From the NCBI GenBank assembly GCA_002269645.1, contig NIVC01000255.1:1-64000 (forward strand): DNA of 64,000 nucleotides, in the 5' to 3' direction. Below the pieces are notes generated by a model. That model was not told the origin of the DNA and did no database searches. It was given only the letters and a program-made list of their open reading frames with translations. A program made the position numbers and the translations under genes. Origin of the DNA: Macrostomum lignano (Eukaryota). Shown here in pieces: positions 1-12,389 of the stretch (its first letter is position 1; the number at the start of each line of letters is the position of its first letter).

Positions 1-339
1 GAAAATTCGCGCCTAAATTGTAACCCTTTCGCATTTTTTAGATGATTTTCACGTTAGGTGTTGTTTGTAACAAAACAGACCAGGAATGCAATAAATTTTA
101 TAATTGCAGTAGTGGTTTAGAAAAATTAATGTATTTTTTTCATTTTTCAACCCATGCTGTTGTTTCCAGTTTTCGACCCATTTTTTGCCAAGCTGTAGTG
201 TTTTATCTTGTCAAAAATTGGATTATTTATGATTGGGGTCCCTGGATGTTAGGTATTTGAGTTTTTGTAAATATCTCAATGGGCATCACACTGCATTAGA
301 GCCTTAGAGGTAAAGAGTGATAATGACACGAAAAATATC

Positions 340-399
340 CATGGCGCGAAAATGAACGGCTTGGCGCGAAAAAATGAAGGTTGCTGAGTGGGAACACTG
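340..399. mobile_element. Possible right end of a hAT-like non-autonomous element
   Basis: Ends ...GAGTGGGAACACTG (reverse complement CAGTGTTCCCACTC, a CAG-type hAT-like terminus), preceded by repeated GGCGCGAAAA motifs. The partner end is not in the window. Confidence 0.3.
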
Positions 400-488
400 G
401 AGAGCTGTAACTGTAACTGATTGGGCTGGGCTATCTGATTGTAGGGAAAGTTTTCGGAATTTTAAAAACATTTGAAAATAACTTTTTC

Positions 489-530
489 AGACAGACAGAC
501 AGACAGACAGAGAAAGACAGACAGACAGGC

Positions 531-561
<31 letters not shown>

Positions 562-718
562 GAAAGACAGACAGACAGACTAACTGAGAGACAGGACATA
601 CAGACAGACAGACCGAGAGACAGACATACAGACCGACAGACATACAAAAGGAAAGACAGGCAGACGGACAGACAGACAGACAGACCGAGAGACAGACAGA
701 CAGACAGACAGACAGAGA
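489..718. repeat. (GACA)n microsatellite
   Basis: Near-perfect GACA tandem array; explains the spurious ORFs 431-735. Confidence 0.95.
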
Positions 719-769
719 ACTTTCCCTATAATTAGATATGAACCCTCGCGGCGAAGTGAATTAATGTTT

Positions 770-850
770 TGTAATGTAATAATGTAATGTAATTTATGTA
801 ATGTAATGTAGTTAATGTAATTTAATTAATTAATTAATTAATTAATTAAT
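770..850. repeat. (TAATG)n / (TAAT)n simple repeat
   Basis: Direct reading: aatgtaatgtaat... then taattaattaatta. Confidence 0.85.
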
Positions 851-948
851 GTTTTCATAATAATTTAATAATAAAGCATCCTACTGCATCCTACCACAAC
901 AGATAAGCACATTCCATCAACAATTGACTCGTTCGTCTTAAGCAAATA

Positions 949-1090
949 CCCTTCAGAATCCACCCCTTGGTCTTTACCCTCCAGAATCACCCCTGGGTCT
1001 TTGCCCTTGAGAATCCACCCCTGGGTCTTTGCCCTCCAGAATCCACCCCTGGGTTTTTACCCTCCAGAATCGCGCCCACAGAATCTACAG
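949..1090. repeat. About 30-31 bp tandem repeat (CAGAATCCACCCCTGGGTCTTTGCCCTC-like), about 4.5 copies
   Basis: Unit visible four times with small variants. Confidence 0.8.
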
Positions 1091-1810
1091 CAATATGTAA
1101 CGAAGACAACAAAACTAACCAGCCAAAAACACCTTTTGCACTCATTTAGATTCTGCCCGATCGCTACGAGGGCTTCCAGCGCGCTCTGCCGTTGCCGAAG
1201 TTCTGGGCTGCCGGCTTTCTTTGTCCAGCCGGACCTGGGGCCCAGGATGTACAATGCCTATGGCCTGACCGCTGCGACGCCAAAGGGGCACAAGTTCAGT
1301 GAAAACAGAATTAACTGACTAAAAATGACGCTTAAAATCTTTCGCTACAGCTACCAAAATTAATTCTGGTAAAGAAGATAGTGTCTTTTCTTCGATTTCT
1401 GGGTTCTTTGCTTTCATTTTGATTTGTTTTTTTGCGGTTTTCTGTCCCGAGCGGAGCGCTTACTTTTAGTTATGTTTTGATATTAGAATACACACACAGG
1501 TGCAGTCACACGATTTTTGCCGAATTTTTCGGACAAGTTTGTAGACAAGTCGTTTACGATGTTACTCGTACATTTTTGAGAGTTTGGCTTGCCTTCATGG
1601 TTTGACTTATTTTTTTTTTTGGGGAGAGGGATCATAGGGGAAAGAGAGATTATCATGGACAGCCAGATACACACAGACAGACAGACAATAAGACGGAGTC
1701 TCTCCTCCCTCAAGTTAACCTTGAACAGCTTGTTTGGCAAGAGTACTTTATTTATTAATTCATATAAATACAATCCAACAAAGATTTAAACTGATATATT
1801 CTAACGGCAA

Positions 1811-2228
1811 TGTTGCAGTTTGTTTCGCGTAATTATTTTTACTTTTGAATGCACGCTAACGTGTCACGAAGTTATGAACAATCAAATAAGTGAACATTAA
1901 CAGGACTATAACATCGCTCCTTTGTCACTGAATCCTCAAAAGTAGATTGGCTGCAGGTACAGCCTCAGCAGGTGGGATTATAAATGATGGTGCAGCTGTA
2001 CGTCCTGCCATGACTTGCGAAATATTGTAAATCTTAAGCAATTCTAGGTTTGGGAAATCTTCAGCAGTGTAAAAGATTGCTGCCCTCCTCCCTCACTAAA
2101 ACTTGCCCTAAAGTGTCTATGGCCTTTTAGGATGACGTGGCATGACAAGTCAGCACGAATTTAAACCCTTCGTGACATGTTGGCGTGTATTCAAAAGTAA
2201 AAATAATTACGCGAAACAAACTGCAACA
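1811..2228. mobile_element. About 60-bp inverted repeat pair (MITE-like, or two outward-facing element ends)
   Basis: 1811-1870 TGTTGCAGTTTGTTTCGCGTAATTATTTTTACTTTTGAATGCACGCTAACGTGTCACGAAG is the reverse complement of about 2168-2228 with 3 mismatches. No convincing TSD. Confidence 0.6.
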
Positions 2229-4804
2229 AACTAACTCAAGATTATACATGAAACTAAAGGAAGTCAAGTCGTCAAGTCAAGTTAACTTGTCACACGCTGT
2301 TGCACCTACTCATCTAACTGAGCGTCTGCTACAGAGTTCAGCATAAAAATTATTTGTTGGCTTCCAAAAAATGCGAATAAAAATTAAATATTAGTTTAAT
2401 TATCTCTGCTAAAAAGTTTAAAGCGGTTCTCATTTCTCCTGTAACCCTACTTTAAATAAAGTATGCGTTTTCTTTTTCTATTCTTCTACCTCTTCTGCCT
2501 CCGATGAAAATTTCTAGCTTTTGATAAAAAATTTGCTTTCAAGACATTTCCACCCTAGCTCAAACTTATGATTTTGCTTTTCGGTTATCCTGCTTCTTAG
2601 TTGGATGGTTCTTGCATGGCTTGCCAGTTATGAATTAAGAAATGTAATAAAAAAATCAATAAAGCTCTCCAATGCTGTAAACTGATTTTGTTGTATTCAG
2701 GAATACAACAAATGTCATACTGAAAACATTATAAAACGTTTAGCTGTAGTCACTTACTTACCTACATGTACATGTAATTTGCTATAGTAACTTTATACTA
2801 TCTGCATGTATGCGACAGAACGTCCAGATTCAGATTGGAGAAAACATAGTCTACAACTCAATATGTATGCATAATTCTGGGAACTGTCCGTATGTGAATT
2901 ACGAATTTTTATGTAATTTGAATTCTGTTCGCGGCTATATACGAAGGAAAATCTTTTTCCTTCCCGCCGTGCTCAAGTATATATATACATATATACGACG
3001 GGGCTAAAGTATGACTCAACAGACTAGACTCTTGTGTCTAGACAGACCATAAAGTTCATGTAAACGTCTGAAGGCCTAGTTAGGGCTCTAGCCCTAAGCC
3101 CCAGCTGAGACTGCAAAAAGCCGAGACAGTAAAACTGCAAAAGGACTTTTAACAGCTTTGTCATACAGACAGATAAACAGACAGACAGACGGCTTTTGCA
3201 GCAGCTACTTATCTACATGCACCTAGGCGCTGGGTAAATGTTTTAGCAGGCAAAATTTCGAAAAATTTTAGCAAGCCTGTTTTTCCTGTCTCCGCAGTGT
3301 AATGTTCGATGAATATTAGCCTCCAAAATTATAAAATTGCACGGCTAATGCACTGCTAGAGGTCTTGAGAAAGTGTCTGAATAATTTTACTTTACATTAA
3401 AACTGTATTAAATGCATGACATTTGACAATAACAATGGTATCGCTGCATTCTCATATGAACTTTAGAAATCATTAATTTACGATACATTATGTGGAAGTT
3501 GGGGCTGCCACTAACAATCCAAAGAACGTTATTATTTTTAATTTCGAAATTTAATATTATTTTGCGTGACTTATTACACCACCTTTTGACCCATTCCCCG
3601 CTGTCCCCAGTTTTGGCTCTGTGTGTTCACCCTGTGCCCCAGTTGTTGGTTTAATTCGTCAGTTTCCCCCGTTCTTGCGATGGTTTTCCCACTCCTTTAT
3701 CTGGTCTTTTGCGTCCCTCTTTTGGAAACTTTGTTTATCGCCCTATCTTTCCGTGTTAATTTTGTCTGTTCTTTGCTTGGTCCCCGTGACCACCTTTTGC
3801 CACCAATGTTTGACCCCATTTGTTTATCTTTTGCGTTTTTTAATATCTAAATAATGGTGGAGCTGCCCAATTTCGTTACGCATTTCGTTCCGTTTTCCGT
3901 TCCGTTTCCCCTTTCCCGCTTTTCCGGTTTTATCCTTCCTGCCTACCCATTCAATTTAACTACTAATATTTAATCTGCCCAACTTATTTACAACTAGTGT
4001 TAAGTCGTTAATTTATCCAGTAGTGCACCGCGGCACCAGCCAATCATCCGCCGGAGTAGGGCTCGGTCCCCTCTATTATTTGCTACTTTTAGTTCATTCC
4101 GCACACACGCCAAACTATTTATTCTCTGTTGCACTTATTAACTTAGTATCCTGTCGCTGAACTCTTAATAATAAAACAGTTGATCTGACATTAATTTTCT
4201 CATTAATAACCCGAAGCCTAGCTTATTTAGAGTCACCCGGTGTAAAAAGATAAGTCCGGAGGACCCAGATAGGACTCTGACAAGTCTTTTCCCAGCAGAT
4301 GTTCAATATTTTTTTATTCTTCTGAAATCAGAAATTCTGTCTGGCCATGTCCAGTTTGCAGTTTCAAAACCACCAAAAGTACCTATGAGGGTGTTCTTTT
4401 TGTGAGTCCGCATTCAGTCCTCTTGGTACTGATGTTTTTTTCTGAGTCCGTTGCCGGTCCTTTCTAATGGGATTATTTTTAAAAATAAAATTTAAGATCC
4501 ATAAACAGCATAAACAGCCCAGAATAGCATGAACAAGTTGGTGGCGAATTCCATTGTTTAATAAATTGATTCTATTTAATTACCATCAGTCCTATCTGAG
4601 TCGCCAGCCACCCTATGCATCGGCCCTCACAATTCGTGTCTTAAAGAAGACTTAAGGTGCTACTGTAAGTAGCATTAGTAGCGAAACATTAGTAGCTAAT
4701 ATAAAATGTATGTTTACAATTACATTCGATCAAAAAGAGTAATTAAATCATATTAAAATTTTTATACTTTTTCTCACCAAAGACAACAAAAAAGTATACA
4801 TTAT

Positions 4805-5344
4805 AGGGGCGCCATAATACACACTAGAGGGGCGCCATAATGCACACTAGAGGGGCGCCATAATGCACACTAGAGGGGCGCCAAAATGCACACTAGAGGG
4901 GCGCCATAATGCACACTAGAGGGGCGTTATAATACACACTAGAGGGGCGCCATAATACACACTAGAGGGGCGCCATAATACACACTAGAGGGGCGCCATA
5001 ATACACACTAGAGTGGCGCCATAATACACACTAGAGTGGCGCCATAGTACACACTAGAGGGGCGCCATAATACACACTAGAGGGGCGCCATAATACTTAC
5101 TAGATGGGTGCCATAGTACACACTAGAGGGGCGCCATAGTACACACTAGAGGGGCGCCATAATACACACTAGAGGGGTGCCATAATACACACTAGAGGGC
5201 GCCATAATACTTACTAGATGGGTGCCATAATATACACTAGAGGGGTGCCATAATACACACTAGAGGGGCGCCATAATACTTACTAGATGGGTGCCATAAT
5301 ACACACTAGAGGGGCGCCATAATACTTACTAGATGGGTGCCATA
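4805..5344. repeat. 23-bp minisatellite (GGGGCGCCATAATACACACTAGA), about 23 copies
   Basis: Period 23 measured directly (GCC at 4811, 4834, 4857...). No spacers. Confidence 0.95.
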
Positions 5345-6225
5345 TCTGCAACAGAAATGTTTCTACGAGTATTTCTGCACACAAGAGAAGCCTCCTGGCA
5401 TGACGTAAAATTTGATGTTTTTGCTTGTTCTGAAAAATGCGTACTTTTAACCCTTTAATTTTAAAGGCTCAAAATGTTTCAAATATTTTAAGTTTGTTTA
5501 ACACTTTTCCTTTTTGCAAGACCAATGATCCCTGAGTCATTGGACAGTAGGGTTGTAAGCTGGTTTGTTTGATCGAAAGAAGCAAAATTTTATCTGTGTA
5601 GGCCAGTGAGCGCTTCATCATTTTCACTATAAAAAATCTGGGAAACTGGAGAGGCAGTCAATTACGATTTTTGAGATGAGCTCGAAACATTCGAAGAGCA
5701 GTCAGTAGTGTAAAGAGCAGTGAGATGTTGAGAATATATTTGCTTTAAAAAAGCAGTAAATTGAAATAAGGTTGAACCAGATCTGAGTTTTCTCCGTGGT
5801 CTGGACTCTGGTGCCTCCTATCAGCCGTGTGTAATTAAGGCACAGCCAATCAATCTCCACGATTCTCCAGTTTCTACATTCAGACTTCAGAGCTTCATAC
5901 CACATGCCCACAGGGTTTTGACTTCGAGTTGTAAAAGACGATCGCAAAGAACTATGTGGTGAGAATATTTGTAGGTGGATGTGGGCGCCCAGCTGGAGTT
6001 TTCCCACTGACTCGGGTCGGGGATTCACTATTCAGAAAGATAGAAGGAACTAGGATGATCTAGTGACACTAAAACTGTCATGAGAACACAGACGCATCGA
6101 TACGTTCGTGAATGTATTTATTAATCTAGAACGGGAGGGCAAACTTTGACCTCTTCATCCGGCCCTTGGGTCCTTAGATACTTTGGAATGGCAGTCCGGC
6201 CCGCTCAAGTTCTCAGTTATCCCGC

Positions 6226-6566
6226 TCTCCTCTCTCCTCTCCTCTCCTCTCTTCTCCTCCTCTCCTCTCCTCTCCTCCTCTCCTCTCCTCTCCTCCTCTC
6301 CTCTCCTCTCTTCTCCTCCTCTCCTCTCCTCTCCTCTCCTCCTCTCCTCTCCTCTCCTCCTCTCCTCTCCTCTCCTCCTCTCCTCTCCTCTCTTCTCCTC
6401 CTCTCCTCTCCTCTCCTCTCCTCCTCTCCTCTCTTCTCCTCCTCTCCTCTCCTCTCCTCTCCTCCTCTCCTCTCCTCTCCTCTCCTCCTCTCCTCTCCTC
6501 TCCTCCTCTCCTCTCTCCACTCCTCTCTCCTCTCCTCTCCTCTCCTCTTTTATCTCCTTTCTTCTC
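6226..6566. repeat. Polypyrimidine/polypurine (CTCCT/CTCTC) tract
   Basis: About 340 nt of almost pure C/T; source of the low-complexity SSPLL / EERRG ORFs. Confidence 0.95.
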
Positions 6567-7359
6567 ACTCATCTCTTGAAGCCAGTAGTCTAGCCGCTAG
6601 AACTGAACTAATATCTAGGTTAAAGTTATATGTTTGTTTACTTTATGGGAGTATGGGATACTGAGTTGGAACAGAGAAGGAATCGTTTCAAAGGCCTGTT
6701 TGATCGCCGTAATCGCAAACACGCGGGCAGTGTGTTGGTGGGGTAGCATGTATCAATTTTATTTCGAACTGAATTGCAAGGGACCAACGACCAACTCCTG
6801 TGGAGGAGTAAAACAAGGCCTCTTGAGCCTCTCAATCCTTCCGACATTTTATTGCCCCACCACCCCAACGAGACAGCTGCCTCCTCTGCCTCAGCGGTCT
6901 CGGGGGTTACAACCCGCCCGATAAGAAAAAGGCTTTTTTTCGAACCTCTTTGTTTGATTTATAGGCCAAGGGTTCAGAGACCATGAATACAATATGGCTA
7001 TAAAAATATATAGAAATAGCTAGATATGGCTATAAATATTGGTTTTGATACGTTAAAAATCGACTATTGACAGTTCCCGGGATTGCAAACCCTAACTCAT
7101 AGCCTCTCCCTTATTCTCTTTCCTTTCCACTCTCATATGGCCCACAGCCATGAGCTGAATTCTTTATCTGGCCCTGGACATGGACTCCTAAAAAAGCATC
7201 AGAAGTGCTAGCTCTAGAAGTCCCTGGAGGTAAAAAAGTTGCCGACCCCAGATCTGGAATAATGGTAAAAGTCGGGTTAGATAATCTCATCTATTCATTC
7301 ATGATTTTCCTGTCCCACGGAACTCTGAAAAAAAGAAACTGAAGATACGAAATCCGGAT

Positions 7360-7538
7360 CAGTGGCGTAGCCAGGATTTTCTTCTGCGGAGGGGGTCACA
7401 GTAACAGGCTCACAGCGGCAACCGGGGGCAGGGGGTGCTAGGCCTCTGCGACGGAAGAGGGGGGTGCTCGAAAATTTCGAAAATTTGGCCTGGATTAGCC
7501 GGCTGGGTCATGATCCCCCCGCCTTGGCTACGCCCCTG
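7360..7538. mobile_element. 179-bp MITE with CAGTGGCGTAGCCA-type TIRs
   Basis: Left CAGTGGCGTAGCCAGG; right CTTGGCTACGCCCCTG (reverse complement CAGGGGCGTAGCCAAG). Flanks ccggat / ccgat are only an imperfect duplication. Confidence 0.65.
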
Positions 7539-8141
7539 CCGATCAAGCCTCCTTTATAGCAAATGTGGCTGTGTCCAGATTACGCAGTATTGAAATGAAC
7601 TTTGCTTGCCTTACAGAATCGAAGAAAGAATAACAGGAGCGGGTGTGAGTTGTTAAAAGTTTTAGAAGGTATTAAAGAAAATTTTCTGTTTTCTGGAGAA
7701 GGCTTTCCGAGAAAAAGTTCTGAAATGCCTACTTGAATTTGAATCAGTTTCAGTTTTTCTTCGTTTGGGCATTGTTTAGAAGTTCTTGTTCGAATAAAAA
7801 ATCACAAATTTGTTGCTTGATAATACAACTCAATTCAATACGAGTTGATTCAATTATTACTGAAGAAAACCCTTCTCGGAATGAATGTGACGAAAGGCCC
7901 AGGACAGGAAGGAAGAAGAGGATTGAGAGCCAAGAGGATTGGGGAGCGCCGGAGCGGGACGGGAGGGAATAGGAGGCAGGCAAGAGGTAAGGAAGAATTT
8001 CTATTGGCTGCAGAGATGGCTTTGACTTTGACTCTTAGAACATATAACCAAGACTTAGACCGTCGTCTGGTCTAGACAGGCATCAAAATCCCATTTCCAC
8101 CCATTTCTATTCAATTCAATTACTTTTTGACTTGAATCTCA

Positions 8142-10387
8142 ATGGAAGGCATCCGATTCCTGGTGTTCTTCATGCGGACAAACAAGTACTGGAGTTATCT
8201 GGCAACAGCGTCTCTCTAGGAGAGTTCCAAGACTTCACAAGAGACGACTGGGAGCAGTTTGGTGAAGTCGAAGAGAACCGATATAGCGAGGAGAAATAGA
8301 AATCCGAGCGGAGTATGAGGACGACTGGTATTCCGCAGTCGTTTTGCAAGTTGTCTTGGATGCTGAAACGGACACGGACCCCACAATTAAATTCATTAGA
8401 GAATTAATCGAGCAGAAGAAAAGCGTGGAAGGAATTCTTCGGTCGGTTCCACGTGTGAACAAGGGCGGAAGGAACCGTTTCGTCAGTATGAAGGTAAGCT
8501 AGAATCTACTTTGTCGACTTAATAAGTTAAGTAAATATTCTACATGTCTAACTACTAGCGGTTAGCAAGCAGAAATTATTAATACTTTTTAATCGAAAGA
8601 TTAAAGCATACATCTACAACTCCAACCCATGCAGTACATTGCTACGTCAGCCGACGAAGAAAACAGCAGCACCGATCGGCGGCTTCGGAAGTCGGGGCGC
8701 CCAACCGCCTCAACGTCGCTCAATGCGGAACCAGTAGCTCTTCCAGCGCTCAACACTGCATTGCTACCAGCAAGGCTTGGTGCGACAAGTGAGATGGGGA
8801 CTCCAAGAGCTGTGGTGGCGCCGCCGCCGGCGGTACCTTCTATGCTGACGCCCACAGCAGCGCCTACGTCGACGCTCACAGCAGCGCCTAAGCCGACGCT
8901 CACAGCAGCGCCTACGCCGACACTCACAGCAGCGCCTACGCCGACACTCACAGCAGCGCCTACGCCGACACCATGCGCTGATTCAGTGACGCCAAAGCCG
9001 ACGTACACACCGCGAAGCGTCGACGGTGAAGGCTTAGATGGCGACTGCGGCATCGACAGGCTCCATCCAGCTGCAGTGCTTCACATTCGTCAGTACCTGT
9101 CCAGTGTCGGAATCGACGCAGAGTCGGCAAGTGATGTTGCACATCTAACAATGCTGGCTGCTCGCCGCAGTTGCGACGCAGTTCGTCGCATCAAGCAGCT
9201 AGAGGATCGGATGCTGCCCCTCCTCGAAGGCATCGCAGCTTCATTTGCTAGTCGCACAACTACCAGCAACACCGTCCACATTTCGAGCCTATAGACTCCT
9301 GGGCGGAGTACATCAAGTTTGTCTCATCAAGGCAGTTGCAGTCTAGCCTTGTAAGCAGTATTACGTTATTTTGCAACTATATTTAATTTGCAACCATTGG
9401 CCTTATGTACGAGCTAGATCGAATTAACTATCATAAGCTAATACCCTTTCCCTTTGCAATAATACAGTTATTTTAACTCAGTAATACTAGCTCTTACTAC
9501 TACTACGAGTAGTACACTTATAAGTTATTCCTCAAACCGTATTTTAACAGGGGCCTCATCTGTTAAGTTGCCGGTGCGATACGCTGTCGGAAACGGTCCG
9601 CCGGATGATGAATAAGTGTCTAGCGCCACGAATGCAGGTCGTTGTGAACTGGAGTGGCCGAGGCATGCTTGAGAAATGCCGGACGGAAGTGTTGGGCTGC
9701 CTAATGATAGAGGACCAACTTGCTTTTGAGAATGCCAAGCAAGTTTTCATAGGTAAGAGTACTGTGGCTATACTCTTGCTTTATTTATTGTCCAAATCCA
9801 TTCCCGCTCTGACGCTTGCTTACTTAAGTATAAAAAATCAAATATAAAAACAAGAAATTTAGGAAACCTATGAGCGTATTACTGAATGAAAAAGCAGAAA
9901 AGGAAGAAAGAAAAAGAAAAGACATTTAGGTAAAATCTGTTACTCTACTCTACTATTTACTTAAAGTAGGCAGTATGAAATTATAAACTTCACACCCTAT
10001 AAAAATTTAAAGTTCTGCCTCCCTAATTCATTCTCAGACGCCGTGGCCGACATGTTTCCGCCAGATCCTGTCACGAAGAAGGTCGTGTTCACGGAAAAAC
10101 AGGTTGAGGCGGCAATAATTGCCGTCCTAAGGCATGCTAGTGAGCGGAATGAAGCCAAATTAAAGCGGCTAAAGGTGGCCACGGAATTAGCCGCAGCGTC
10201 TGCAGCCACTTCCAGCTCTGCCACCTCCAGTTCCGCGGCCTCCGCTACTGCTCAAGTGCCCAAGGCTCGCCGCAAAACCTTCGGTGCAAGATCAACAAGA
10301 AAAGAGAGCAACGTCAAGATAGCTCGGCCTCGCATCCTCAGTGATGATGAGTTCAACTGTGAGGACGAATCAGATATGGAGTACTGA
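8142..10387 (+). pseudogene. Spliced DUF4806-like (EnSpm partner) gene with frameshifts
   Basis: Exons about 8142-8493, 8635-9350, 9551-9752 and 10038-10387, with phase-compatible GT-AG introns. Reconstructed C-terminus FEPIDSWAEYIKF..SSL-GPHLLSCRCDTLSETVRRMMNKCLAPRMQVVVNWSGRG...FI-DAVADMFP..TEKQVEAAIIAVLRHASER fits the DUF4806 pattern. Internal TLTAAPTP repeat; frameshift near 9275 and lesions in exon 1. Confidence 0.68.
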
Positions 10388-12094
10388 AGTTACTGAACCA
10401 ACGAATGACACTACGTGTTTCTTAAAATTGCCTAATTGTATTTCGCAAATTGCGATTTCGTAAATGGTATTTTGTATTTGTATTTGTACTTCTATCTTGT
10501 ATTTTGCATTTAGTGTATGATTTTCATTTTTAGTATATGGGATTATCGTGTTCATTTCGTGTTTAATACTATAGCCACAGTAATACTATAATCAGTTATA
10601 ATCAGTTATTACATTATTAAAATGGAGCTGACGTTCTAATTTATTCACAATGTATGGTAACCATTACTTCCTTTGTCAACATCTTCAAAAAAATAAAATA
10701 TCCTCGAGAAATTAAATTCCACAATTCGGCACAAATGCTTAACTGCTTACTTATAGTAGTCAGATGAAAAATCGAAAGATGAGAGTCCTATTCAGATCCG
10801 CCGTGAGCTTGAAATCTGGGTCTGGCGGACTCAGACCACTTTATACCTAAACATATCAGTTGGAGGCTGACGAATCAGTGTCCGCCGGATTATTTTTTCA
10901 ACACCGGGCATTTGCCCGTGGGGCGTAAAACAACCCAGTCTCATCTCAAAGCAAGCTCTGAGACCCCAACGTTCCGTAATACGCAAAAATTACGGTGGTG
11001 TCAGCGCAACTCTACTGTTAGTAACAAGTTAAGTCAAGCATACGAGATACGTTAAATTCGGTGTCTGAGGACCCGCTCTGAACGCTCGCGCCAACGAAGA
11101 CCGCTCGCCTACGACTAAAACTACCCTCCCCCAGGATTGAGGACCCCGGCAGTCGGAGTATCTGCGAGACATTTCAATTGGGATTCGTCCACACGAATTT
11201 TCCGGATTTAATCTGTGCGAATTAACGACGGCGCCGATTCGAAGGCCTGAGCCGCTCATACTCGACATTAAATCAAGCGACCACCGGACAATCCCACCTA
11301 CAATCAAAACTTTCTCCGCCCCACCTCAATTAAATAAAAAAGGTAATTAGTTCCTGTTGTCAACAGCTACGGTAAAACATTAACAAAACTAAACTTACTT
11401 TAAGATTTTATAACTTGTTCATGATAGAAGCAGGAGAGTTTTTAAGTTTTATCACAATACATTTAAAATTGAAGACTTTTGTACCAGAAAAAATGTATCA
11501 AAGGTAGCACAACAGTTAAACTTTCAAATAAAGAATCTATTTTTTTTAAAATACGATACATCAATACGGTACCGGTATATAATTGATCTTCGACTTCAAT
11601 GACAATAAATATGACAGGAACTAAATGTGCTTCACCCCAAGTGTTACAAAAGATTACTATGTGTTTAATATTAGCACTGCTAGACTCACACCGTGTCAAA
11701 AGATAAACAAGCCAATAAAATAGAGACCATGAGTCCATGACTTCATGAGAGTTACTTTAGGCCTGCAACTGCTACACTAATGGACTGCCACATCGCTAAC
11801 TTGCAGGCGGTTGAGCTTACCCTTCAGACTACTGCTGATATTAGCAGCAGTGTGAGCTGCGAGCGGGTGCACGCAAGGGGCCTTCCCTGTGCATCTTAGT
11901 TTAGGCTATTGGCTCTTTCGATACTACTTTTCTAATACGTTTATTTTCATCACTTAAACCAGCAATCCTCTAATCCTTATAATAATCCTCATTACCATAA
12001 TTTAACGTTTGTTCACTCAAATTCTAATTTCTGCTTTTCTGCATGTTCTGCTTTTTTATACGCACAATATTTACATTAAGATAACATTTTGTCT

Positions 12095-12152
12095 AGCAGG
12101 ATTCGAACCTCAAACCTTCCAATTTCAAGTCAGGCCCACTGGCCACCCGACC
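12095..12152 (-). mobile_element. tRNA-derived SINE head or tRNA-like remnant
   Basis: Minus strand GGTCGGGTGGCCAGTGGGCCTGACTTGAAATTGGAAGGTTTGAGGTTCGAATCCTGCTA: A-box-like TGGCCAGTGG and B-box GGTTCGAATCC. Too short and unpaired for a functional tRNA. Confidence 0.5.
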
Positions 12153-12389
12153 AATTTTTAGCACTCAGAGAATTCCCAGACTTCTCATTCCCGTCCGCGG
12201 GTACACTCGACCAGCCTACCCTAGCCCACACGGACCAATAGCAGCGTTCCTTGTCATATCTAGCGTACTATCACTATGCGCACTGTGTGGACTCTCAAGG
12301 ACTAGCCTGTGTGGGTCCACACGAGGACTCACTAGCTAGCCACGTATTTTTTGTTTAGTGGATTGTCTGGCTAGCCCACGACCGTTAGG

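Larger units (their letters stand above)
4236..10908 (+). mobile_element. Non-autonomous CMC/EnSpm-like DNA transposon carrying a DUF4806-type gene, with no transposase
   Basis: Left end CCCGGTGTAAAAAGATAAGTCCGGAGGAC; right end (reverse complement) CCCGGTGTTGAAAAAATAATCCGGCGGAC. 2-bp TSD CA on both sides and subterminal GAGTCCG/CGGACTC motifs. CCC termini with a 2-bp TSD are typical of animal EnSpm-like elements. Confidence 0.72.

Noticed and set aside
431-735. ORFs of TDRQ / SVCL repeats
   Set aside because: Translations of the (GACA)n microsatellite.
4805-5344. Regular 23-bp repeats (also the 22-, 40- and 42-bp arrays) as a CRISPR array
   Set aside because: Head-to-tail with no unique spacers, no cas genes, and a eukaryotic intron-containing context.
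6146-6664. 172-aa SSPLL and EERRG ORFs
   Set aside because: Artefacts of the C/T tract.
12095-12152. Functional tRNA gene
   Set aside because: Only A/B boxes are recognisable; acceptor and anticodon stems do not pair and the length is too short.
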